A stretch of DNA of 51,684 bases, taken from the NCBI GenBank assembly GCA_049472335.1, contig JBLIRO010000036.1, positions 1-51,684 on the forward strand. Direction: 5' to 3'. The stretch is from a bacterium (GTDB lineage: Bacteria > SZUA-182 > DTGQ01 > JAFGSM01). Position numbers and translations under genes: made by a program. This document shows, piece by piece, positions 20,195 through 28,896 of this stretch (its first letter is position 1; each line of letters opens with the position of its first letter). A model generated the notes under the pieces. It was given only the letters and a program-made list of their open reading frames with translations, did no database searches and was not told the origin of the DNA.

Positions 20195-20500
20195 ATGCTG
20201 GCTGAATTCAGCATCATTCCCCTGGGAAAAGATGAGAGTGTAAGCGGATTTGTCGCTAAGGCAGTAGAGATTGTGCATCAAAGCGGTCTTGCTTATCGGG
20301 TTAATTCTATGGGTACTGTGATTGAAGGGAATTGGGCCGAGGTCATGGACATTATAAAAAAATGCCATGATGAAATAAAAAAAGAAGCAAGAAGGTTAAT
20401 CACCAGCATTACTATTGATGACAGAGAAATTTCAGAACCGAGAATAGATAAAAAGATAAAATCATTAGAATACAAATTAAAACATAAATTAAAAACATGA
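20195..20500 (+). CDS. MTH1187/YkoF-like thiamine-binding protein
   Basis: AEFSIIPLG, MGTVIEG, ITIDDR; RBS aggaga. Confidence 0.88.
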   Translation: MLAEFSIIPLGKDESVSGFVAKAVEIVHQSGLAYRVNSMGTVIEGNWAEVMDIIKKCHDEIKKEARRLITSITIDDREISEPRIDKKIKSLEYKLKHKLKT

Positions 20501-20518
20501 ATCAATCTGATTTACACT

Positions 20519-20546
20519 TTGCAATTTTAATAAGATATGGTATAAT
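20519..20546 (+). promoter_or_regulatory. Candidate sigma70 promoter with extended -10
   Basis: TTGCAA-16 nt-TATAAT with TGn before the -10. The AT-rich context lowers confidence. Confidence 0.4.
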
Positions 20547-20634
20547 TATTATAAATGTATATGTATAATTTTATTGATCTATGATTTGAATTTTTCTTCT
20601 TTAAATTATTCTATTTTTTGGGAATAAAATAATT

Positions 20635-20726
20635 TTGTTGGATTCATAAAAAGTCATTTCGCCGTCTCCGGGCCTTTAACAAAAATGTTAATGACTCCTT
20701 TAATGACTTTTTTACGATTCTATCAA
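20635..20726. mobile_element. MITE/REP-like intergenic element, copy 1
   Basis: Imperfect terminal inverted repeats ttgttggattcataaaaagtcatt / aatgacttttttacgattctatcaa; related copy at 23713. Confidence 0.7.
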
Positions 20727-20930
20727 TTTTATTCTTTTAAAATTTTAAGATATAATATAATGGAGGTGATAAGTAGTTAAAAAAGATTTTAGTAGATATT
20801 TAATTTCTGTCTAACTTAACTTTTTCTTTCACATAAAACCGATTGAATAGAATAAAAAACTTTAATATCTCTTGTTTAGTTTTTTAAAGATAGTATATAT
20901 TATGTGAATGGGATCGAAAGGATTATAAAA

Positions 20931-21389
20931 ATGAAAAAGGGCAATAAGAAAATCTGGTTAGCGGGTTTAGTATTAATCCTTCTTTGCCTTTTTGTCATAC
21001 AGGCCCATGCACAGGTTTTTCCGGGGAATTATGATCCAACATTCCTTTTGCCGATTACATATTTCTATACAAATCCCTTATATTATAGTGACTATGGCTA
21101 TATAAACTCGATCACAGACCCTTTTTATTATATTGGCTATGGATATTATCCCCCCATAACGGGGAATCTGCTTGGATCATTTAGGGTTAATCCCTTTCTA
21201 AATCCTTATGAAGACTATTTGTACAGATATTTCGGCAATTATACGTTTCCATATTTCGGTTCTCCTTATACTACTACGTTTCCATTTAACACGCTCCCTG
21301 GAACACCAATTCCATATACAAGATTCAGTTATCCTTCATATGTGTATGGTTCCCCTGATTTCTATTTGAGCTGGGCACTACTTCAATAG
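20931..21389 (+). CDS. Secreted Tyr/Pro/Phe-rich protein of unknown function
   Basis: Signal peptide MKKGNKK...AHA|Q; low-complexity mature region with no Lys. ORF track start 20904. Confidence 0.8.
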   Translation: MKKGNKKIWLAGLVLILLCLFVIQAHAQVFPGNYDPTFLLPITYFYTNPLYYSDYGYINSITDPFYYIGYGYYPPITGNLLGSFRVNPFLNPYEDYLYRYFGNYTFPYFGSPYTTTFPFNTLPGTPIPYTRFSYPSYVYGSPDFYLSWALLQ

Positions 21390-21609
21390 GATTGTTTATA
21401 TATTTTTAAATTTATTATTTTTTATATTTTTGCAAAAAAAGGGAAATAATTAATATTTATATCTTAAGTTGCTCCACTATGGGGCTAATTAAAAAGGGGG
21501 TGTTGCCTAAGGGAGGTAAAGTAGAGAGAGAGTTTAGCTTTAAAATTTTGTTCTTTTCTCTTTATTCGAGGGTCAAGGTTACAGCAAATTTAAAAAAAGG
21601 AGTGATCAT

Positions 21610-22203
21610 ATGTCATTAAAAAGAGTCGTTAAAACTGTTATATTTATCAGCATTCTTTTAGTAGTTTTTGGTCTTATGGGGAACAGGCTGGCAGTTGCCC
21701 AGACATGGAGTGCATTGCCGCCATACAATTTTCTTTGGCCTTTATGGTCACCAGCTCTTTCACCAGTGAACTCTCTGGGTATACCTACACCTTTAGTAAG
21801 CAGCCTTACTCCCTCTACGACCCTTCCTGTTCAACCCGGTTTGGCCTGGAACCCGGCTATAAGCTATCCCTACTTTCTCTATAATTCACCGATCGGGATG
21901 CAATATTATGATATCATTTATGGCATGAACCCATGGCCGCCTTCATATTCATTGGGCCCAACCCCCCTGAGTCTTCCTGTAGGATTTAATTTGCTGCCGG
22001 CAACCGATCCGCTTTGGATCCAGCAAAATCTCCCGACAGCAAACCTGGCTTATCTTGCTGAATACCCGAATCTGGCATTGTCTGCATACAATATTGTTCT
22101 GCCGCCGAACTTGACAGGACTGGATCCTTGGCTGGCTTCCTTAATATATCCCACACCAGCCTATACATCATTGCTTACACCTGCTAATATTTTGGGATAC
22201 TAG
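21610..22203 (+). CDS. Secreted Pro/Leu/aromatic-rich protein of unknown function
   Basis: RBS aaggag; signal peptide ...AVA|Q; mature region lacks K/R/H. Confidence 0.85.
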   Translation: MSLKRVVKTVIFISILLVVFGLMGNRLAVAQTWSALPPYNFLWPLWSPALSPVNSLGIPTPLVSSLTPSTTLPVQPGLAWNPAISYPYFLYNSPIGMQYYDIIYGMNPWPPSYSLGPTPLSLPVGFNLLPATDPLWIQQNLPTANLAYLAEYPNLALSAYNIVLPPNLTGLDPWLASLIYPTPAYTSLLTPANILGY

Positions 22204-22220
22204 TTTAGATTTTCCTGGTA

Positions 22221-22262
22221 AAAAAGGGGCCGAAGAGTATTTAAGACTCAAGGCCCCTTTTT
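22221..22262. terminator. Probable bidirectional intrinsic terminator
   Basis: aaaaaggggcc...ggccccttttt stem between convergent genes. Confidence 0.8.
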
Positions 22263-22284
22263 ATTTTTCTCGGATTGGCTTGTT

Positions 22285-23478
22285 TCATTTGACTAATTGT
22301 TTCATTTCTTCAACACTCATGGGAAATATAATTTTAACCATAGCCCCCCCATTCGGATGGTTATCTATGATCAGCCTGCCACCGTAATCTTTAACCATCT
22401 TTTGTACAATTGAAAGTCCCAGTCCGACCCCCACTGTATTTTTTGTGCTAAAAAACGGATGAGTGGCATATTTAAGAGCCGCTTCCGTAAAACCCGGGCC
22501 TGAATCCTTTATCCTTATACAGATTGATTTGGTTTTGTTCGAGAAGTAATTATTTCCTAGTTCTTCATTTGATATAAAGGCATCTATCAATACCTCACAG
22601 TCTTGTCCTCCGACTTCAAAGGAGTTCTGTATGATAAGGGTCAGTGCTTTAATTAGCTGCGATTGATCACACAGCAAAGTGGTTTGCGGGGAAAGCATAT
22701 TCCTTACATTAATGGATAGATTTGGCCAGTGTAAACGTGCGGAAAAAACAAAATCCTTTAAAATTCTCGACACCTCATAATACCTGATATCCGATTCGAA
22801 AATCTCTGTGAGATAAAACATCTGGTGTATGAGAGTCTGAATCCTTTCCAGGCTTTTATCAACACGCTGAAGATACTCTAGATCCTTTTCAGTAAAAGTG
22901 GATCTTTCCTGCATAAACTTGATATAACCTACCGCGACAGTCAGAAGGTTATTAAAATTATGGGCTACTCCCTTTATAAAAATCCGGTTACAGTTCAGAT
23001 TTTCAGACTCTATTAAGGCCTGTTCATATGCAAGATTCCTTTTATAAAGAGTATGCAGCCGTATATGTGTATTTACCCTTGCCAGCATTTCCCTGGTATT
23101 AATAGGTTTCTCAAGATAATCTACTGCTCCGAGATTCAGCCCACGGATCTTGTCCTCGGATTCATTTCTGACGGTCAGGAAAATAACAGGAATATCCTTA
23201 ATTTTATCTTCAGACTGGAGTTTTTTACATAATTCAAAGCCGTTTGTGTCGGGCATCATTACGTCAAGGATTATCAGGTCGGGTTTATTTTCTAGGGCGT
23301 TTTGAAAGCCTTCTAAACCACTTGTGGCAGAATATACTTTATATCCTTCTTTTTGGAGGACCTTCGCCATGAATTTTCTAACAGAAACATCATCATCTAT
23401 AACCAGAATATTAGGCACAGATTGTATCCATCTAAAATCATGCAGCCCGCCTGAATTCATAGAGTCCCTCCGTTTCAC
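22285..23478 (-). CDS. Hybrid REC-histidine kinase
   Basis: DVMMP receiver, GVAHNFNNLL H-box, PFFSTK..VGVGLGL. Confidence 0.9.
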   Translation of the reverse strand: MKRRDSMNSGGLHDFRWIQSVPNILVIDDDVSVRKFMAKVLQKEGYKVYSATSGLEGFQNALENKPDLIILDVMMPDTNGFELCKKLQSEDKIKDIPVIFLTVRNESEDKIRGLNLGAVDYLEKPINTREMLARVNTHIRLHTLYKRNLAYEQALIESENLNCNRIFIKGVAHNFNNLLTVAVGYIKFMQERSTFTEKDLEYLQRVDKSLERIQTLIHQMFYLTEIFESDIRYYEVSRILKDFVFSARLHWPNLSINVRNMLSPQTTLLCDQSQLIKALTLIIQNSFEVGGQDCEVLIDAFISNEELGNNYFSNKTKSICIRIKDSGPGFTEAALKYATHPFFSTKNTVGVGLGLSIVQKMVKDYGGRLIIDNHPNGGAMVKIIFPMSVEEMKQLVK

Positions 23479-23712
23479 TCATTAAGTGATTTTTAATGAT
23501 TCTGAAATTTTTTAGGAAACTCTTCCCAACCTATCTCAAACAGGCTTTTTGCATGCTGTCTCTAAATTCCGATCCTCCTTGCCGGTTAATACATTCAAGC
23601 AATTCCATAGGCTAATTGGAATTTTTTTTTGAGCCTTTCTTTTAATTTTTTTTATCGATTAAATAAAGCAATTAATTTTATATCGGTTAATAAAAAGAAC
23701 ATAAACGATTTT

Positions 23713-23846
23713 TTGTTGGATTCGTAAAAAGTTATTTTGTCGTTTTCTGGCCTTTTTTCAAGGCCCTAAGGCCTGCTTCGCTTTGCTAATGGCATTTAAC
23801 AAAAAATGCGAATTACTCATTCAATGACTTTTTTACGATCTTCTCA
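23713..23846. mobile_element. MITE/REP-like intergenic element, copy 2 (longer interior)
   Basis: ttgttggattcgtaaaaagttatt ... aatgacttttttacgatc; shares the internal tttaacaaaaa(a)tg segment with copy 1. Confidence 0.7.
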
Positions 23847-24005
23847 TTTGTTCTAATTAAAATTAAAAAAAATCCGATGATATCTTTAGAAAAACAGAGG
23901 ATAAATCTGTCTGGATTCAATAGAAAATCTATTCGGGATTTTGATAACATTTAGAATCTGAAAGCAGAATAAATTGATTTTTGGGTAACATCTTAGGGAA
24001 TATGG

Positions 24006-24359
24006 ATGGATAATGTGTCAGAAAGAAGAGAGTTTGATCGTTTCCGGATAAATTTTCCGCTGGAAGTATCCGTAAAAAACTTTAACAGAAAGCAATTCAA
24101 AGAAAAATCGGTTTTAAGTAATATCTCCGGTGGGGGAGCAAAATTTTTAACCGGGAAAATTGATAAATATTATCAGGGACAAGAATTGCAAATGATTTTT
24201 TATTTGCCCGGTGCAGTTAATGTGGAAGCCTATATGAAAGCAAGGGCAAAGGTAGTGAGGATAGATCCATTGAATAAACCAGTTACCGGTAAAAAAACTG
24301 AAGATAAAGGCATAGCTGTTAAATTTGAAACCTTGTTAAATTTTGAAAGAGTGCTTTAA
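24006..24359 (+). CDS. PilZ domain protein
   Basis: RxxxR (RREFDR) and NxSxxG (NISGGG) c-di-GMP-binding motifs. Confidence 0.88.
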   Translation: MDNVSERREFDRFRINFPLEVSVKNFNRKQFKEKSVLSNISGGGAKFLTGKIDKYYQGQELQMIFYLPGAVNVEAYMKARAKVVRIDPLNKPVTGKKTEDKGIAVKFETLLNFERVL

Positions 24360-24391
24360 TAACAAAAACGAAGAATAAATTCTTTATAAAA

Positions 24392-25468
24392 ATGCTATCT
24401 AAACATTCTAAAGCTAAGAGTTTCTTTGAAAAAATAAAAATGGTTTTGGCCTTAATGGGCATTATTCCTTTTCTTTTGGTTGTTTGTCTGTTTTTTATTG
24501 AAAAGTTAGCTGTCACTAATCTGACAATTATATTTGCCGCCCTGGCCCTTCTTTCCATATTAATTGGTTTTTCTATTCTGCGAAGGTCCGCTAATCAGAT
24601 TTCCGACCTTGCCATAAAAACAGGGATTGTAAAATCGGGAGGAAAAAGTGAATTTATCTATATAAATGATAATAAGGAACTGAACCAGATTGCCAACAAT
24701 TTTAATTCATTACTCAGGGATGTAAAAGAGCAGGGTATCAAGCTTATGACTTATGCCAGAGATCTAACCGAGGCCTTTGAGATTAATCACAAGGAAGTTG
24801 AGTTGCGCAACACTTTGAGCCGATACGTTAGAGAAGATCTGGTAGAAAAGCTTATCAATTCAGGAAACGGAATATTTTTTGAAAATGAGAGGAAGGAGGT
24901 AACCATCCTTTTTGCCGATATAAGATCTTTCACTTCGATAACGGAAAGGATGGCTGCTGAACATGTTGTATCAATGCTTAATCAATTTTTTGGTATCATG
25001 GTGGATATCATTTTTAAAAACAATGGTGTTCTGGACAAGTTTATTGGAGACAAACTTATGGCACTATTCGGATTCATTCCCTCGGATCATCCGGCACCAG
25101 TCGACGCTATAAAAGCAGCTATGGAAATGCAAAACGCCACGGAAAATTTAATGAAAGTAAGAGAAAAGGAGAATAAGGAGAAATTTGAGATAGGGATTGC
25201 TATTAACACGGGTATTGCCATTGCCGGACACGTAGGTTCCAAAAACAGGATTGACTATACCGTGATAGGAGATTGTATAAATGTCGCCGCAAGATTGGAA
25301 CAAAAGGCAAAAGGGGGTGAAATAATAATAGGAGAGCAAACATACAGACAGATTGAAGGTGTTTTTAATATCCAAAAAAAAGGTGAAATGTACGCTAAAA
25401 ATAAAACTGAGCCCATTAAATATTACAGTGTATTAAGGGATGAATCATTATTAAAGGTTAAAAATTAA
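24392..25468 (+). CDS. Membrane class III adenylate cyclase
   Basis: 2 TM segments and a HAMP-like region; VTILFADIRSFT, DKFIGD (Lys indicates ATP specificity), DYTVIGDCINVAARLE. Confidence 0.9.
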   Translation: MLSKHSKAKSFFEKIKMVLALMGIIPFLLVVCLFFIEKLAVTNLTIIFAALALLSILIGFSILRRSANQISDLAIKTGIVKSGGKSEFIYINDNKELNQIANNFNSLLRDVKEQGIKLMTYARDLTEAFEINHKEVELRNTLSRYVREDLVEKLINSGNGIFFENERKEVTILFADIRSFTSITERMAAEHVVSMLNQFFGIMVDIIFKNNGVLDKFIGDKLMALFGFIPSDHPAPVDAIKAAMEMQNATENLMKVREKENKEKFEIGIAINTGIAIAGHVGSKNRIDYTVIGDCINVAARLEQKAKGGEIIIGEQTYRQIEGVFNIQKKGEMYAKNKTEPIKYYSVLRDESLLKVKN

Positions 25469-25470
25469 AA

Positions 25471-25875
25471 ATGATTCAAAAAATAGAGCAAAAAAAATAC
25501 AATATCCTGGTTGTGGATGATGATGTTCTTATCAGATGTTTAATTGATGATATATTGCAAAAACTAAATTATAACATACTTCATGCCAGTAATGGTGAAG
25601 AGGCAATCGAAACTTTAGATACTAAAAATATAGACCTCGTCATTCTGGATTTGTATTTACCCGGAAAAAACGGTTTTGAAATATGTGCAGACATCAGGGA
25701 AATTAAGAAATGGAAAGATATTCCTATACTGATAATGACCGCTGTATATACAAGATCACAATATTTCTATAAGTGCAAAGACTTTGGGGCTAATGCATTT
25801 ATAACCAAGCCCTTTAAGTGTAAAACCCTTATAAATCAAGTCAATAAATTGCTTAAAGTCGAAGATCCTCAATAA
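25471..25875 (+). CDS. Single-domain response regulator
   Basis: ILVVDDD, DLYLPGKNG, MTA, KPF. Confidence 0.9.
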   Translation: MIQKIEQKKYNILVVDDDVLIRCLIDDILQKLNYNILHASNGEEAIETLDTKNIDLVILDLYLPGKNGFEICADIREIKKWKDIPILIMTAVYTRSQYFYKCKDFGANAFITKPFKCKTLINQVNKLLKVEDPQ

Positions 25876-25922
25876 TCTGTATATTTGATATTTTCTATTT
25901 TCTTTATATGGGGCCTAAGAGC

Positions 25923-27035
25923 CTAAACATACGGGAAGAAGCTGCCATAATTTCCATAATAGCTTCCCGGATAGTAACTTGTATACGGACTGTAACTCCC
26001 AAACCCGGAAAAATACCCGCCGTAATTACCTCCGTAAAATCCATAATAAGGAGATGACCAGCCATATAAGCCTGAATATCCCTGATAGTAAGGGCTATAA
26101 CTCCCATAACCCGAAAAGGAGCCCCAATACCCGGGCGAAAAACCGTAATTGCCACCATACCCTCCTCCTATGAAAGAAAATGGGTAGCCGAATCCTGTTC
26201 CATAAACAGGGCCTGATGGAGATGTAAAGCCCCAACCGCCATATCCGCTAAAAATACCTCCCAAGGGATAATATCCGCCAAAGATAATCCCTCCGATAGG
26301 GAATGAGGTCGTATTTTGCTGTGTTGAGGAGTAGGTGGAATTAATTCCAAAGGTATTGGTGTTTTTGTTTGTCCACCGGAAGGAATCTTCATTATTACTG
26401 GAACCGTAAATATTAAAGATAAGCCTGGAACCTGGTGCGTCAAAATTATTAAGCGCATACCTTATACTCAAAATATCACCATTTTGCATTACCTGTCCAT
26501 CAAAACCAAGCTTGACATAAACAACATAATACTCATCCTGATCAGACCCTGTCGATATAAGAGGTTTACCGCTTTGAGCAACCTTCCACCACTGTGGAAA
26601 ATATCCATATTCATTGCTATTGAAATCCGCGCTCTCTAACTGAATATTCTGAGACATCGTCCCGTCATTTATCTGCCATCTAAGAGTTAGAAAAAAATAA
26701 TCATCATATCTTTCTCCCAAAGCTATCATTAGGATCTCTTCATCAATAGTCTCATCACCGCTATAAGAGAGATAAAATACACCGGATTGTCCATCGGTGA
26801 AATCATTTTCGAAAAGACTATTTACATTATCAGGGTTTCCAATCAGATTGTGATTACTTTCACCATTATCAGAAGTTGCCTGAGGGAAATATATCAGTGC
26901 GGTTTCTTCTGAAGTCAGATTTACGGTCTTTTCATAATACCATGTGCCCGGATTAATTGCCGGAAAGACCATAGCCGCTGAAACAAACAAGGCAAAAAAT
27001 ACCGTCATTATAATCGCAAACTTATACTTATTCAT
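25923..27035 (-). CDS. Secreted protein with acidic N-terminal domain and Gly/Tyr/Ser-rich C-terminal tail
   Basis: RBS AAGGAG before ATG 27035 (MNKYKFAII...); signal peptide; tail of ~140 aa with no charged residue. Confidence 0.85.
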   Translation of the reverse strand: MNKYKFAIIMTVFFALFVSAAMVFPAINPGTWYYEKTVNLTSEETALIYFPQATSDNGESNHNLIGNPDNVNSLFENDFTDGQSGVFYLSYSGDETIDEEILMIALGERYDDYFFLTLRWQINDGTMSQNIQLESADFNSNEYGYFPQWWKVAQSGKPLISTGSDQDEYYVVYVKLGFDGQVMQNGDILSIRYALNNFDAPGSRLIFNIYGSSNNEDSFRWTNKNTNTFGINSTYSSTQQNTTSFPIGGIIFGGYYPLGGIFSGYGGWGFTSPSGPVYGTGFGYPFSFIGGGYGGNYGFSPGYWGSFSGYGSYSPYYQGYSGLYGWSSPYYGFYGGNYGGYFSGFGSYSPYTSYYPGSYYGNYGSFFPYV

Positions 27036-27183
27036 AACCTGCTCCTTTTTAATCTTTTTATTTATAAACCAATACAAAAAAATGACGAGCAATATGAACA
27101 ATCATTATGCCCTATTCATATTATAATTGATGGATTCTTTAAAAGTCCAAAAAACAGGCAAAATAAGCACTTTTCATTAGGCC

Positions 27184-27212
27184 TTGATAAAATATCTTAT
27201 TGATAATAAAAT
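27184..27212 (+). promoter_or_regulatory. Candidate sigma70 promoter
   Basis: TTGATA-17 nt-TAAAAT, about 55 nt upstream of ATG 27267. Confidence 0.45.
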
Positions 27213-27266
27213 TATACTGTTTTAAAATAAGGTGTTATTAATTTACAATGCCATCAGGAGGGAATC

Positions 27267-28673
27267 ATGATTAATCGTTTCATGAAGGGGTTTATTGTTA
27301 TTAGCCTTGGATTTGTGCTTGGCTGCGGAGGTTGGATTCAAAAGAGCAAGACGTTTATCAAAAGCCCATTTGGCGAAAAAGAAGAAGTTTCTGAGAAGGA
27401 AAGCGAAGACGCCAAAGTTAATCATTTGGAAAAGGGGAAAAACCTCTTCATTGAAGGCAAAATGAAGGCAGCATTAGAGGAGTTCAACGCTTTTGCCCAA
27501 ATAGAGCCTGATTCCCCCGAAGTCCATTATAATCTGGGACTGACTTATTATGAACTGGACAAATATTCAGAGGCCATCGGTGAATATCAAAAGGCTATTC
27601 GATTGAAACCTGACCTTGCAGAGGCATATTTTAACATGGGTGTCGTATATGATCAGTCCGGTCAGATAAAAAATGCCCTTCAGGCATATAATTCAGCATT
27701 GAGATACGGAATCGATGATGCATCCATCCATTTCAACATGGGGCTGAGTTACCTGAAGCTGTCAAGATTCGAAGAAGCAAAAAAGGAGTTCCTCAGGGCT
27801 ATTGAGATTGAGCCAAACCTGGCGGAGGCTTACAATAATCTTGGATATCTTGCTGAAGGTGCAGGGGATTTAGATCTCGCAGTGACAAACTATAAAAAGG
27901 CCCTTGCCATGAAACCCGACTATAAGCTGGCCAGGGAAAATCTGGAACGTTTGGAGGAAAAGAAGCCCCCTGCTGTTAAAGAACGGCCGCCGGTTACCGA
28001 AAGGAAGCGTTTCAGTAGATTCTTTTTGGAACTGGATGGAAAATGGGCTTTCTCACGCGACATGGAATTTGAAAAATCAGGCCAGGATATAGTAGATATT
28101 GAATCCACCTATCAACTTGCCCTTTTAAGATTCGGTTATAGACCTATTCAAATTCTTGATATATTTTTGAATGTTGGCGCCACCAACATGGGATTTGAGG
28201 ACAATATTCCAATCGCTGATGATTTTGCTCCTGTAAATTTTAAAAAGGTCATTGGTCCTGCATATGGAGCTGGACTAAATGTTGATATCTATTATTGGAA
28301 TCGGATTAATATAGGTCTTGACGGAGGATTTGAGTATTTAATGGGTTCAAATGAGGACGAATTAAGGTCAAAAATTGGAGGATATAATAATGCGACCGCA
28401 GAATGGGCTGAATACAACCTGTTTATTAAGGCGAGGTATCATGGATTCAACAACATTGCCCCATATGTCGGAATAATATTCTCAAAACTTGATGGTACCC
28501 TTGAGCTAGACAGCAATGGCACTAAAAAATATGAAATAGATTACAATGAATCGGATCCTGTTGGTATTTTCCTGGGCGCCAGCTATTATCTCGGAGAAAA
28601 AATCAGATTTCAGGCAGAAGGCAGATTTCTGAATGAATCTTCATTGTCATTCAGATTGAAGTACGATTTTTAA
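27267..28673 (+). CDS. TPR repeat protein fused to a probable outer-membrane beta-barrel; possible lipoprotein
   Basis: VLG|C lipobox-like motif, about 5 TPRs (AEAYFNMG, AEAYNNLG), amphipathic strands, C-terminal LKYDF. Confidence 0.8.
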   Translation: MINRFMKGFIVISLGFVLGCGGWIQKSKTFIKSPFGEKEEVSEKESEDAKVNHLEKGKNLFIEGKMKAALEEFNAFAQIEPDSPEVHYNLGLTYYELDKYSEAIGEYQKAIRLKPDLAEAYFNMGVVYDQSGQIKNALQAYNSALRYGIDDASIHFNMGLSYLKLSRFEEAKKEFLRAIEIEPNLAEAYNNLGYLAEGAGDLDLAVTNYKKALAMKPDYKLARENLERLEEKKPPAVKERPPVTERKRFSRFFLELDGKWAFSRDMEFEKSGQDIVDIESTYQLALLRFGYRPIQILDIFLNVGATNMGFEDNIPIADDFAPVNFKKVIGPAYGAGLNVDIYYWNRINIGLDGGFEYLMGSNEDELRSKIGGYNNATAEWAEYNLFIKARYHGFNNIAPYVGIIFSKLDGTLELDSNGTKKYEIDYNESDPVGIFLGASYYLGEKIRFQAEGRFLNESSLSFRLKYDF

Positions 28674-28810
28674 TCTTTTATGTAAATCTTTTCATAAAAA
28701 TTTTATTTTAGGAAAATATATTCATAACAGGTTTTTAAACCTGAATCCGAAGTGATATATTATATAAGCTTTTCTCATTGGGATTTCATAAACTTCTCAT
28801 AAAAATTTCC

Positions 28811-28826
28811 TGGTATGGATCTTGCT
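28811..28826 (+). promoter_or_regulatory. Candidate sigma54 (-24/-12) promoter
   Basis: TGGTATGGATCTTGCT = GG-N10-GC, about 70 nt before the S8 gene. Confidence 0.6.
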
Positions 28827-28896
28827 TTTTATTGAACCGCATTAGGTTTCTGAAAAAGGGACTACAGAAATAGTTTTTTTAAATTGGGGGGGAGTC

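Noticed and set aside
21470..21600. Possible riboswitch or structured RNA between the two secreted genes
   Set aside because: Only weak purine/pyrimidine complementarity; no aptamer consensus recognised by eye.
23595..23614. Sigma54 promoter on the minus strand upstream of the REC-kinase
   Set aside because: The -12 TTGC is present, but the -24 position reads GC rather than GG.
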